A DNA stretch of 63,469 bases, filler included, from Octopus bimaculoides (lineage: Eukaryota), in the NCBI RefSeq assembly GCF_001194135.2. It is 7 parts of 6 records of this genome, joined end to end, with 100 filler letters (N's around TTAATTAATTAA, not from the genome) between each part and the next. Parts side by side here need not be neighbours in the genome. Positions count along the whole stretch, not along the records: positions 1 to 6,099 come from NC_068984.1; positions 6,200 to 34,831 come from NC_068995.1; 5 more parts are not named here. One strand, 5' to 3'. A model generated the notes under the pieces. The model searched no databases, was not told where the DNA came from, and worked only from the letters and a program-made list of their open reading frames with translations. This document shows positions 1 through 12,235 of this stretch, one piece after another (positions within the stretch are counted from its first letter, which is position 1; the number at the start of each line of letters is the position of its first letter). A program made the translations under genes and the position numbers.

Positions 1-11
1 ATATATATATG

Positions 12-49
<38 letters not shown>

Positions 50-317
50 AACATTAACGAAATTGAAATATAGTTCAACAGACAGTGTTGTTTGGAACTC
101 ACTTTAGAAACATACTCTGCTGTGGAAAAATAGATGGTGCGTCGATATAAATGTGCTGGAGATGTCCAGGACAAAATGTATATGAAATATTGGTTGATAA
201 AAAAGGATACTAAATCAGGAACGAAATACATTTTCAGGTTTATAGCATTTACGCTGGGCCGGATTAAAACCCATAAAGGCCCTAAGCACTTAAAAAAATT
301 TTTTGTCCCCATACCTA

Positions 318-447
318 TTCGAAATTTCCCCAAGACACCTGATGAAGGCTGGAGGGTATATCAGCCGAAACTTTGTGTTAACAACAAACAAGATGAGGAC
401 AAATATCCGTCAAATGTAAATGATGTAAATAATGTAAATAATGTACA
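318..447 (+). mobile_element. 3' part of hammerhead-bearing SINE/PLE-tail family (same family as 55545-55670)
   Basis: ttcgaaatttccccaagacacctgatgaaggctggagggtatatcagccgaaac...gaggacaaatatccgtcaaatgtaaat is near-identical to 55561-55670 and ends in short (atgtaaat) repeats. Confidence 0.8.
334..379 (+). ncRNA. Minimal type-I hammerhead ribozyme motif, stem III mutated
   Basis: gacac-CTGATGA-a-ggctg/gagggtatat/cagcc-GAAA-cttt-gtgtt; stem I gacac/gtgtt and stem II ggctg/cagcc intact; the ACGU palindrome seen in the 55.6 kb copy reads ACUU here. Confidence 0.65.
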
Positions 448-530
448 TAGTTTCTCATCTCTTAAATATAGAACTGTACTCTCTAATATCTGCATAGCAA
501 TTTTTAAGTGATTTTCTTTTGTGCCTTTAG

Positions 531-639
531 CCATTTACCATTTCTGTAGTGCCGAACACTTCCCTTGGTATGCTAAGCACCTGTTTATTGTGATCAAGCC
601 CTGCTTTCACAATAGGAAACGTGGAATGTTTCCAAAAAG
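531..639 (+). other. Possible exon (unassigned)
   Basis: Pyrimidine-rich acceptor ttttcttttgtgcctttag| and donor aag|gtgaga; one open frame IYHFCSAEHFPWYAKHLFIVIKPCFHNRKRGMFPK; no recognisable homology. Confidence 0.25.
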
Positions 640-1324
640 GTGAGAATCTAAACAAACTCAGATTAAAATTCTTTCACACAAGACATTGCATCACAATTTA
701 TACACAGAAAATGATGGCCATATTTCAGATAGGACATCTTGAAAATGTTCTCCAGAGTGGAAGCCTAAAGCATTTTATAAAGAACATTCGTCAGAACAAC
801 CATATGACACGTATAGCCGTATTCTAGTGAGACACTGTAACCTACAACAAAGCGCCTTAGCAAATGGTCATTGTCACCATCAATTTATTCCGATGCAGAG
901 GCTGCGACAGTCTTACAGCATTAACTGAGAAGTGGCCTGTAGGAATGTTGCTGTTTCAATATATGCATGACGTTCTACAAATGAAATAATAAGAAAAGGT
1001 CACATTCAAACATGTACTTAATACAACATATTTAAAGGAAAACGGAGTCCTATTTGTATACGTATACACAGGTGGACATACACACACACACACACACAGA
1101 CAGAGAAAAGCAGATAGATATGTAAGTAGATAGATGCATACATGCATACACAAACATCCATACATACAGAAGCACGTACACACACATATATCGATAAATA
1201 GAGAGGCAGCTAGACAGCCAGAAAGACAGAAAGACAGATAGACAGACGGACAGACAGACAGAAAGGCAGATAGATATGTAGATAGATACATGCATACATA
1301 AACACACACACACACACATACATT

Positions 1325-1355
<31 letters not shown>

Positions 1356-1356
1356 G

Positions 1357-1388
<32 letters not shown>

Positions 1389-2596
1389 TTGAATGATTGA
1401 TTGATTGATTGATTGAATGAATGAATGAATGATTGGTTGATTGATAGACGACATAGAGTGGTGTAGTTATATAGACGTATAAATATGAATAATGAATGAC
1501 TTACCTAGAGTAATTTCGGCAGACATCACGACCCCTTTGTACATCGTTAGCAGCAATAAATTCCACTCTCCGTAAAGAAGTAACCAACTCGTATCTGTCC
1601 ATCGCCAAAATCGTCGCATTGTGCTATATACTCTCTCACGCAACAAATCTATAGGCCAATGTGTTATAGAAATAGCTAGATGGACTTTGATTCGGATTGA
1701 AATGACGTCTCCACTTGCAAATAGTCAGTATATACATCGAATTGTTGACCCCCATTACTGTGACTGGGATGAAGTTATTTGTGGAAACAGTCTTTGTTAT
1801 ATGTATACTACTGTATTGGTAGAGAACAGGACTCCATTATCTGCAATGAAACGAAAAGGGAGAAATAAATACATGTTTCGAACCTTCAAACAAACGGTGT
1901 GTACATACATAAATACATGCATACATCCATACATATATACATACATATGCGTACATATGTATATCATTTTTTAATTAATAAGAGTTTGATTTGGATCAGT
2001 GTAACTTAAAGTTTCGCAGGTTGGTTAGAGAAACCTAGCTCGTCAGGCGTGTTTCCGTCTGACGAGTCAACGAAGCTTGAAACAAAACCAAATTAATCAA
2101 CTTGTTATTATTAAATAATATGTGTAACCCTTGCCAACGCTGTTGAATGCATTATTCTTTCCTTAGTCCACTCAGTCGTGTGTATATATATACATATGCC
2201 TATATATACATATATATATATATATATAGGGCCGGGATAATTTTAGCTAAATATGCATGTATTATGAACAAAGGACACAATTAGGGTGGGACAATATTTG
2301 TACGTTGACATTACTGGTAGTTATCCATATATATATATATATATATANNNNNNNNNNNNNNNNNNNNNNNNNNNNNNNNNNNNNNNNNNNNNNNNNNNNN
2401 NNNNNNNNNNNNNNNNNNNNNNNNNNNNNNNNNNNNNNNNNNNNNNNNNNNNNNNNNNNNNNNNNNNNNNNNNATGCATTATTCTTTCCTTAGTCCACTC
2501 AGTCGTGTGTATATATATACATATGCCTATATATACATATATATATATATGTATGTATGTATATATATATGTATATGCATGGAGGAATGCATATAT

Positions 2597-3514
2597 AGGG
2601 TTATCCCACAAACATTGCGGTTTTTTCAATTGCATGAACTAAAAGTTGCTGGGGGACGGGATAAACTACCTGCATCAGCTTCCTATAAAAGCAGGTAGTA
2701 ATTTTAACTTGTACTTACTCTTAGTGCAAGTTTTGAAGAGTGCGGTTCGATTGTAACGGTTATTTTTTTCAAAGCTATAATAGAAGTGACAAAGGAGCAT
2801 ATTCGGCATATTTTGCTTTATGAGTTAAATAAGGGGCAACAACGCAATGGAAAGTGCGAGTAATAATAATGCAATATATGGGGATCGGGCAATAAGCGTA
2901 AGCCAGTGTCAACGGTGGCTCCAGAAATTCCGAGCCAGAAACTACAGTCTAGAAAACAACCCTCGTCCTGGAAGATTTCTAGAGCTCGATGAGGACGTTT
3001 GCAAACCCTGGTGGAACAAAATCTCATCGTAAATGTTGAGGAACCAGCAGAGATGTCTGACTTTGGTCGTTCAATTTGCTATTCAAATCAGCGCGGGAAG
3101 GAAAACGACCCTGCTTGGTTTCAAGACGAAAGGTGTTCTTCCATCAGGATAATGCTTAGCCGCATACAGCGAAGATGACATTCCAAAGGCTGGAGCAGTT
3201 TGATTGGGAAACGAAGCCACCCCACTATATTCACCGGACATTGCCCCATCTGAGTATCATTTATTCCGCAGTCTTCAAAATAATTTGAACGGAAAAGAAT
3301 ATGGATTCTGTAGACGCGGTTAGAACAGTACTGGAGGAGTATTTTTCGTCACGGACAAGCGAATTTTGGAAGAGTGCTCTGCAAGTCTACCAGATGGATG
3401 GAAGAACTTTGTGGAAAATGAAGGAGAGTAGGTCTTATATTAAAAAAGAACTTTCTTTATCTTAAGTTTGATAAATAAAAGCAGTATAAAAAACCGTATT
3501 ACTTATAGGATGAC

Positions 3515-3518
<4 letters not shown>
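2597..3518 (+). mobile_element. Internally deleted, defective mariner (DD34D-type) transposon
   Basis: Imperfect TIRs (ta-gggttatcccacaaacattgcggttttt / aaaaccgtattacttataggatgacccaa-ta) flanked by TA; N-terminal EVTKEHIRHILLYE..GDRAISVSQCQRWLQKFR..RPGR and C-terminal HQDNA*PHTAK..YSPDIAPSEYHLFRSLQN with frameshifts and stops; central catalytic region missing. Confidence 0.9.
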
Positions 3519-3551
<33 letters not shown>

Positions 3552-3553
<2 letters not shown>

Positions 3554-3790
3554 GAGAATATACAAATAATAACAACAGACGAGGACAGGTGGTGTAAATA
3601 ACAAAAGTATATATTAGTATGACGCTCGGGAATACGGAAAGTCTTTGACGTTTCGAGCTACGCTCTTCAACAGAAAGAATACGGAGACAAGGCGAAAAAC
3701 ACGGAGAAAAAAAATTGAATACTGTTCAGTCAACGGTCAATCATGATAATGGCCGATCATAATAATGGCCGATCATAACAATGGCTGACC
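3552..3790 (-). mobile_element. PLE-type terminal repeat carrying a hammerhead variant, abutting (TA)n; may extend further right
   Basis: 3552-3652 matches 32234-32335; contains the hammerhead fold at 3642-3678; 16-bp tandem ataatggccgatcata at about 3741-3790. Confidence 0.6.
3642..3678 (-). ncRNA. Minimal type-I hammerhead variant (CUGUUGA core, GUC cleavage triplet)
   Basis: Minus strand reads tcttt-CTGTTGA-a-gagc/gta/gctc-GAAA-cgtc-aaaga: perfect 5-bp stem I, 4-bp stem II, palindromic ACGU stem III. Confidence 0.65.
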
Positions 3791-4061
3791 GGAAGTTAGA
3801 AATTCTTATTTCAGGAGAGCTAAGAAAGGGGGAGATAAACGAGGGGCTGTGTGTGGGAGGTAGAATGCTGGTGATCTTGACGTATGTAGTGTGAAAATGG
3901 GGAAGGGAGAAAGGGAGAAATGGAGAAAGTAGTTGGTCAGTTGTAGTGTGTGCGTGGTGTGATGCGAGGGTATCGGTGTGGTGTACGTGGTGATATATAT
4001 ACGTACGTACGTAGATACGTACGTACGTATGTATGTATATATATTTATGTATGTATGTATG

Positions 4062-4095
<34 letters not shown>

Positions 4096-4642
4096 TGTAT
4101 GTATGTATTATGTATGTATGTAGATATGTAGTGTCTTCTCTCAGAGATCGGCTTCAGTAAGTGCTAATGGAATCGTAGAGAAGCAGTCGTGACTTTTGAC
4201 GTGTCTTGAGTTTTTTATGAACGGTCTCCCACAGACAATTACCTCTAGGAACTGAGACAGAAAAACTGAACGGAAACAGTGTGTGTATGTATGTGCATGG
4301 GTATGCTTGTGTAATAAGTGAGAGAGAGAGAGGGATAGAGAGACACAGAGCGAAAAAGAGTGATAGAGAAAGAGAAAGAGAAAAGTGAGAGAGAAGGATT
4401 GAGAGAATAATTGACCCTACTTCTCGATCAGTACTCTAATTATCGATCTCGAAGGATAGGCTATAAGGTAATGTTTACTACAACGGTAATTGAACTCAAC
4501 GCACCCAGGGCCGGAACTATCACTGCAAAGCAACCTCACCGATATCCTAGTCATTCTGACAATTATCCACCGCATGCGTGCACAGCTCCGTACATAGGTA
4601 TGCATGTCAATATATACGTGCATGCTTGTGCACACGCGTGCA

Positions 4643-4681
<39 letters not shown>

Positions 4682-4758
4682 CTGTGTGTGTGTCCTGTAC
4701 TTAATCATTAAAATTCTTCTGCTGAAGAAGAAGCTGGTTTCTAACAAAGCCACAAAGC

Positions 4759-4960
4759 TCTATCTTACTATAATGGGCGTTATGTCCGTCGTTTCGTCCG
4801 TCTACCCATCTCGGTCTGTTCCGCCTCCACGGCCAGACGGCTGGACCAATGGTTAAGATATTTTTCGGAATTACAAAGACGGCCGTCCGGAAGGTTTTTA
4901 GCATTAAAAAAACCGGCAACTCGTTGGTTTCATCCTTGGTCACGAGATTCCTTCGTGCTA
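4759..4960 (+). mobile_element. Possible non-autonomous Helitron-like 5' segment
   Basis: Starts TC (tctatcttactataa), followed by gtccgtc repeats and acggctggaccaat; resembles recalled non-autonomous Helitron 5' ends; no clear 3' hairpin/CTAG seen. Confidence 0.3.
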
Positions 4961-4964
4961 TGGC

Positions 4965-5410
4965 AAGCCAATTAGACGGCCTTCCATAATACTTATTAGT
5001 GGTTTCCTGTAAAATGTCAGCCTCTTATACTAGAATCCAGCTATCAGGTCCCTTCCAGGTGCTCTCCCATTATGCAGTTTGGCTACATCTAAGGTGAACA
5101 TTTCTGGGTCAATTGCATATCTTTTACTGTTGATGTTTGTACATTATTCTTTCTTTACTGCATTTGGCCACGATACATTGAGTTTGAGACTCCTCTCATT
5201 CCATATTTTCAACCAGAATGATTCAAAATCTTCTCGAGAGTGAAGTTTTCTTAACGGGAATATTTTCCTCCCTCATCTTTCTATATACTGTCTCTGGGTT
5301 AAAAACAAATCTTGTGAATTATACAAATTCGTTCATAAATTCGTTTGTGGTAGCGAAGCTTTTCGTTCAGGGCCCTAAGCTTGTTGTGAAGTGTCACCAT
5401 ATAGTTTTTC
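4965..5410 (-). mobile_element. Dong/R4-clade LINE fragment (pre-RT region), pseudogenised; may extend to about 5850
   Basis: Minus-strand translation RALNEKLRYHKR..NPETVYRKM..FESFWLKIWNE..LHNGRAPGRDLIAGF*YKRL fits the FW..IW / N.KAPG.D.I..FW.K pattern of R4/Dong elements. Confidence 0.7.
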
Positions 5411-6052
5411 TAATTTGTTGATAAGATGTGACTCATTGTTCCTCTTACATTTTATTCTCGTAGTTAACTATTCAATATGGCAGCTTAACTTACTGATGGT
5501 TTCTTAAAGTTTTGTTTTCCAAAGGGGTTGTTTTAGTTTCGTACTTTCATTACCATGTATACGGCACATTTCTCCTAGGTTTTCTTTAAGTATAATAGCA
5601 ACTATGTATATGTGGCTTTTCATACTCCAGTAATTAATATCACATGATTCCCTCTGCTTGCCAGCAATGCCGCCGGTTAAATTCAACATTAGAGGTTTTG
5701 GATTTTTCTAAATCCTGTTATGAACGGCCTGTTACTTAACGATAATTTCAACAGAGAAGAAAACCTTTCTACGAAATATGGTTGCAGGATATCTCTAAGC
5801 TGAATATGTTCTACAGTTGTCTCTGGTGACTCGGCTACATTGGGAGAGACACGAGAACTTAATTTTGTTATTTTAGCTTGCTATTTCCGATTTCTCTTTT
5901 GGCAGATTTATGTATATGCGTATGCATAAACACACGCACACACACTCACACACACACACTCACACACACACTCTCACACACATACACACACAAGCACGCA
6001 CGCACGCACGAATGCACACACACACACACATATATATATGTATGCATGTATG

Positions 6053-6099
<47 letters not shown>

Positions 6100-6199
6100 N
6101 NNNNNNNNNNNNNNNNNNNNNNNNNNNNNNNNNNNNNNNNNNNTTAATTAATTAANNNNNNNNNNNNNNNNNNNNNNNNNNNNNNNNNNNNNNNNNNNN

Positions 6200-6248
<49 letters not shown>

Positions 6249-6305
6249 CTATGCATATTACTATACATATATAACTATATATGCGTATGTGTGTATGAAA
6301 GTATG

Positions 6306-6342
<37 letters not shown>

Positions 6343-6721
6343 TATTTTGTATTCGTTTATGGTTTGTTTTTTTTCTGTTTCTTTTCGCACCGTTCTTCTT
6401 GACTTCTACTTATGTGACTGAAACGATGAATCTTACGTACACAAACACAGTCACATATTCACATAAGCATATTGTTATATTTAAACCTATGCATACACAC
6501 TTAAACACACTCACACATGCACAAATACTTATAATCATGCTCATGTACACATACATTCACACATTCTCTCACTCTCTCGTGCGCACAAACACACATTTAC
6601 ACAAACATTTATTCACACTAAAACAAATATATATATTTATATATATATATATGTGTGTGTGTGTATATGTGTGTGTATGTATGTGCACACTTTTCAAACG
6701 CACTCCTAAAACTCACATGCA

Positions 6722-6799
<78 letters not shown>

Positions 6800-7134
6800 T
6801 ACGCATACACACATTTGTACATGTATTGAAACACCTTTTCAGATACATATACACACAAACCTACAAACCCACAAGCCTTTAAACGCTTTCACACTCTTAT
6901 TCAAAAACATTCGCTTACACACACACGTGCAGAGATACACATCTATGTATATATGTACATATATATGCATACATATGAACACTACGTTCGCATACATATA
7001 AACACTTTAACACACAAGACAAACAAACAAAAATGACACTCAGAGAGAAAGAGAGAGAGAAGGGGAAGCAGGAGCAGAAGACAAAAGGGAAATTATAGAA
7101 AAAGATGCAATTTAATCAACGGTTCAGGTGTTAC

Positions 7135-7192
7135 CTATCAACATGGAGGTTTTTCATAACGACAATAACAACTTCTGGTTCTTTGTGGTAAA
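7135..7192 (-). other. Possible internal exon of a minus-strand gene
   Basis: Long polypyrimidine tract tttattttgtacttctttttcaaag| and donor atag|gtaaca; fully open frame YHKEPEVVIVVMKNLHVD. Confidence 0.3.
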
Positions 7193-7617
7193 CTTTGAAA
7201 AAGAAGTACAAAATAAATACATAAATAAAACAAATAGATAAAAAAAAAACATGTGCGGTAACTATAAAGAAACAAGAATATACAATTAGGAGGAAAATAG
7301 ACATTCCAGAAAATCAGTGCATTATAGTTAAATAGATAAATACATATATTGTCATCATGTGTTTCTAGATAATGTGGCTCGTCGAGGGATGCAAATCTTG
7401 GAATGTGCCACGTTGTACGTAGTCGTTCGCCTTGTTAGAACTAGCACCACAACCTTCTTTAAATCACACAGTGTGCTATTTTAATAATGAAAAGATACAT
7501 TTGGTAGAGTGGATCTAGAAAAAGTGTACGTAGAAGTTGATATCGTCAAAACTTGCATTGTCTTGTTTCGTTGGTCAGCTGAATGAGGACTAACCTCGGC
7601 TAAAAATTCCTTTGTAT

Positions 7618-7775
7618 TTTGACACAAAGCCAGCAGTTTAAAGGGGGAGGGGAAGGTAAGACAAGGAGTACTTATTTTATCGACTCCGAAAGTATAAATG
7701 GCAAAGCTGACCTCGGTATTGGTTGAACTCGGGACGTAAAGAGCTGGACGACGTATCACTAAACGTTTTGTTTAG
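7618..7775 (-). mobile_element. Degenerate tRNA-derived SINE family A
   Basis: Diverged match to aaaggcaaagtcgacctcggcggaatttgaactc seen in better copies in this window. Confidence 0.6.
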
Positions 7776-7957
7776 TATAACAATTCAAGTACAACGCCTG
7801 TTTTGCCACGCTAATTTTTTTCTAGTAATAGTAATTGGTATTTTCCGTTCTGCGTTGAATTACTTTGTCGCTCACCTATGAAATGATCACTTGTTCACTG
7901 TATATGCATTATATTCCCGTAGAGTCTCAGAGATGAGGTGTTGTTATAAATAATGAT

Positions 7958-8167
7958 TTTTGGCACAAGAACCAAGTCCGAGCGGTGGGTTTAAGTCAAT
8001 TACATCGACTCCAGTGATCAACTAGTGTTTATTTTAATGACCCCCCCCCCCCGAAAGGATAAGAGGAAAAGTCGACTTTGGTGGTATTTCAACCAAGAAC
8101 ATAAAATTCTGATGAGATGCCGCTGAACGTTTTGCTCGGCGTGCTAACGATTCTGATAGCTCGTCGC
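7958..8167 (-). mobile_element. SINE family A
   Basis: aagtcgactttggtggtatttcaac...cggcgtgctaacgattctgatagctcgtcgc matches 13091-13311. Confidence 0.7.
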
Positions 8168-8751
8168 AACGAATATCATGGTACCGTAGGCCGCAGGTAC
8201 TAAGCTCGCTACGCATGCAAGAAGCACGTGTACAGATATAGTGAGAGCAAGCTAGATGTTGACACACACACAAATACACACACATACACACATATACATG
8301 TATGTATGCATATGGGATTACGAATTTCTTATGATCATAATCCGTATTCCTAGGATGATAACAATATAATTACACACACACACATATACCATTCTGAAAT
8401 AGTATATTGCTCTACCTTTCGTATTCGAGTACTATATTTTGCAACTATATGCTTATTTGTGTGTGTGCGTGTGGTGTTCGTGTGTGTGTGTGTGTGTGTG
8501 TGTCTGTGTGTATGTATGGATGTGGATACACACATTGTTAAATACATGCATATATCCCCACATAGGTGAGTACGTTATTGCTAACATATGTAAATGTAAT
8601 ATACAACCGGCCCCATACAATAATCAATGAGACTCCAATCTGTTTTATATTGTAAGGGAGTCAGCGTGGAGGCATACTAGGTCCCTTATCTCTCATTTGC
8701 CCACTCATTAAATCTCTAATAAGCTGAATCGTTAGCAATTACTCAAACGCC

Positions 8752-8859
8752 TTACTGTAAAAGTGCCATACTACCGGTTTCACTAGATATTTCCTCCTCT
8801 CGTTTTATATATCTGTTGTTTTTGTTAGTGGTTTTTCCTGTTGCTGCTGCTTCCGCCAT
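8752..8859 (-). CDS. Candidate first coding exon of a minus-strand gene (MAEAAATGKTTNKNNRYIKREEEISSETGSMALL..)
   Basis: Context GGAAAATGGCGGAAG (strong initiation context, YY1-like AAAATGGCGG); open frame to a possible donor ttaca|gtaagg; locally CpG-richer unique sequence upstream; product unidentified. Confidence 0.4.
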   Translation of the reverse strand: MAEAAATGKTTNKNNRYIKREEEISSETGSMALLQ

Positions 8860-9145
8860 TTTCCTGGCTCTATATCGCTAGCAAACTCAGATAGCTTAGG
8901 CTGTTGTTATCGAATCACAAACAATTAACTTGGCCTCACGCTGACACTGACAGCTGCATCCAGGGATCCTACACAACAACAGCTAAAACTGACCGGCGTA
9001 ATCGTGTTCATAGTCAACGGTTGGTTTTGGGTTTTTTTTTCTTTCTTTTCTTGCCTTTATTTTCTTCCGAAATGAAACTCAACCCGTAGCTACCGGAATT
9101 TAAAGTCCTAACCGTGTTTAGTAAGCATTTCCTCTTGATAGTGAG

Positions 9146-9180
<35 letters not shown>

Positions 9181-9422
9181 CACGCACAAACACACGCGTG
9201 CACGCACAAGCAAGCACACCCAAACACAAACGTACACGCGTGAACACTCACGGACACACACACATATGTACATATTTGTGTATATATGCATATATATATA
9301 TATATATATATATCTGTGTATGTGTATATATACATATGCATATATATATATTTGTATATATATATGTGTGTATATATATGTGTATGTGTATATATCCACA
9401 TATATGTATATGTGTATATATG

Positions 9423-9516
<94 letters not shown>

Positions 9517-11155
9517 CANNNNNNNNNNNNNNNNNNNNNNNNNNNNNNNNNNNNNNNNNNNNNNNNNNNNNNNNNNNNNNNNNNNNNNNNNNNNNNNNNN
9601 NNNNNNNNNNNNNNNNNNNNNNNNNNNNNNNNNNNNNNNNNNNNNNNNNNNNNNNNNNNNNNNNNNNNNNNNNNNNNNNNNNNNNNNNNNNNNNNNNNNN
9701 NNNNNNNNNNNNNNNNNNNNNNNNNNNNNNNNNNNNNNNNNNNNNNNNNNNNNNNNNNNNNNNNNNNNNNNNNNNNNNNNNNNNNNNNNNNNNNNNNNNN
9801 NNNNNNNNNTATTAGCACAAATCAAAAATGAAGACTAATAAATACATATCCCCGCAGAAAAAAAAAATATATATTAACAGAAAAAAAAAGGAGAGAGAGA
9901 GAGATAGGGGGCGAGAGGGGGGGGTGCTTGGGAATGGATCTGCAGGGGAGCATAGAGCAGATTGAAACAATTAGATTCGCTTCAGTGAACACCAATGCTC
10001 TTTCATCTCTTGCATGTATTTATTTCTGATGTGTTTGTCGTTGATGTTGTTGCTACCGTTTACGTTGGAGGTGTCGCAGTCATTGCTGTTGTTGCTGTTG
10101 TTGTTGTTGTTGTTGTTGTTTTCTTTCTCTTTTATTCGTTTATTTATTTTGCAGGTTCATTGGAGAACTCAGTCGGTTATGAGTGTTGATCAGGAAAAAG
10201 AAAAAAGAACTACATAAATAAAAATAAATCTATGACTGACATGAAAAACAACAACAGCAAAGAACAAAAAGATATAATGACGTCAAAATGGTTTCCCCTT
10301 TGCATGTAGAAGTTGCTTGTTGGGTTATATGAGACAACCCCTGACATGGATTACAGTTTAAAGGCTGTTGGATACGTGTTGTTTCCCACTTGGTAACATT
10401 CATGTTCCATTGGAACGGCTTGATGTTTTGGTGACGAGCTGCAGGAGTCAAACCACCATTAAAAGAAAGAGAAATAAANNNNNNNNNNNNNNNNNNNNNN
10501 NNNNNNNNNNNNNNNNNNNNNNNNNNNNNNNNNNNNNNNNNNNNNNNNNNNNNNNNNNNNNNNNNNNNNNNNNNNNNNNNNNNNNNNNNNNNNNNNNNNN
10601 NNNNNNNNNNNNNNNNNNNNNNNNNNNNNNNNNNNNNNNNNNNNNNNNNNNNNNNNNNNNNNNNNNNNNNNNNNNNNNNNNNNNNNNNNNNNNNNNNNNN
10701 NNNNNNNNNNNNNNNNNNNNNNNNNNNNNNNNNNNNNNNNNNNNNNNNNNNNNNNNNNNNNNNNNNNNNNNNNNNNNNNNNNNNNNNNNNNNNNNNNNNN
10801 NNNNNNNNNNNNNNNNNNNNNNNNNNNNNNNNNNNNNNNNNNNNNNNNNNNNNNNNNNNNNNNNNNNNNNNNNNNNNNNNNNNNNNNNNNNNNNNNNNNN
10901 NNNNNNNNNNNNNNNNNNNNNNNNNNNNNNNNNNNNNNNNNNNNNNNNNNNNNNNNNNNNNNNNNNNNNNNNNNNNNNNNNNNNNNNNNNNNNNNNNNNN
11001 NNNNNNNNNNNNNNNNNNNNNNNNNNNNNNNNNNNNNNNNNNNNNNNNNNNNNNNNNNNAATGAAACATTCGAATACTATAACAGCCGAACAAACGAATT
11101 CTAAACTATAACAACAACAACAACAACAACATCAACAACTTAAACAACATTAATG

Positions 11156-11225
<70 letters not shown>

Positions 11226-11699
11226 CATTAATGACGACAACGGTAGAGCAGCAATTACAAACATCCATATTGAAAATGAAAGCAATATGGAAGTCTTTAA
11301 TTGTACAACGATGTAGTTATGCAATGTGAGGCATTTATCTGTAAACCCCGCTGTATAATGCATACACACACAAACACACACACTCACACACACACAAATA
11401 GTCTTACACACACACACACACACATATATATATGTATGTATGTATCTATGTATCTGTGTAAAATATGTGTGTTAATGAGAGACGAAGTGCCAGCAAGCCA
11501 CAGTAAATACGCATGTAAAACCAATGGAAAGGAACCTGTTTTGTTTTGATACGGATGCGGACATAATATAACTGTGGCGTGGTATGGGTGATGTAGCGGC
11601 ATGTTTGGGTGTGGTATGAGGTGGTGTGAGTTATTAAACAACCTATTAAGAGTGTATACCAACGCCTTTGGTGTTAGGTGTTCCCTGAATGACGGAGGG

Positions 11700-11945
11700 A
11701 ATCTCTATGCGATTATACTGGAAACAAAAATAGCAGAGTGGCAATTACATTTGAGAAAAATTTACAGCGAACTTCACGAGAATTAGCAAAACAGCTTACT
11801 ACAAGCCACACTTCGATCAAAAACATCTTCATAAATAACGAAAAGTGCCGAAAGTTAGTCGGTGGTCCCTCAATTTTGTCTGTTTCTCGGCTTAATCAAA
11901 GAGTTGTCCTCTGTTCGTCATTCAGGTATAGACTTACTGTCGGAA
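11700..11945 (+). mobile_element. Mariner transposase fragment (HTH to WVPHEL-like region)
   Basis: QRTSRELAKQLTTSHTSIK..KV..RW.L..S..RLNQRV..CSS with frameshifts. Confidence 0.6.
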
Positions 11946-11984
11946 ATTAAGATTGAAAGTTAACTGAACATTAATGATCGGTTT

Positions 11985-12235
11985 CCGCAGATGTGTGTGT
12001 TTATGAGCGAAACACCTAAAGCTCCACGCGGTTCCGGCGGAAGGTAATAGCGACCTTTGCTGACTCTTTCGCCACTACTTCCTCTAACTCATTCCTCCTG
12101 CATCTAGCAGCTCATCTGTGACGGACCGGCGTCCCGTTCAGGTGGGGAACCTATACGCCAATGAAACCAGGAAACGGGACCGTATGAGCCAGGCATGGAT
12201 CGAGAAGGAACAAACAACAACAACTGTGAAGTGGT
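11985..12235 (+). mobile_element. SINE with family-C 5' body and a V-SINE-like central motif
   Basis: gtgtttatgagcgaaacacctaaagctccacg is shared with 24290-24325; tgacggaccggcgtcccgttcagg resembles the recalled V domain. Confidence 0.5.

Noticed and set aside
1621-1974. 117-aa plus-strand ORF
   Set aside because: Non-ATG start, no motif, runs into a microsatellite; antisense to the exon-like 1505-1840 segment.
2148-2545. Direct repeat of atgcattattctttccttagtccactcagtcgtg.. on both sides of the 2348-2473 gap
   Set aside because: Most simply overlapping contig ends or haplotypes at a (TA)n; not supportable as a real duplication without reads.
6144-6155. TTAATTAATTAA islands inside N-runs (also near 34876, 43375, 46010, 56564, 58943)
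   Set aside because: Identical 12-mer with stops in all six frames, always embedded in gaps: a scaffolding linker, not biology.
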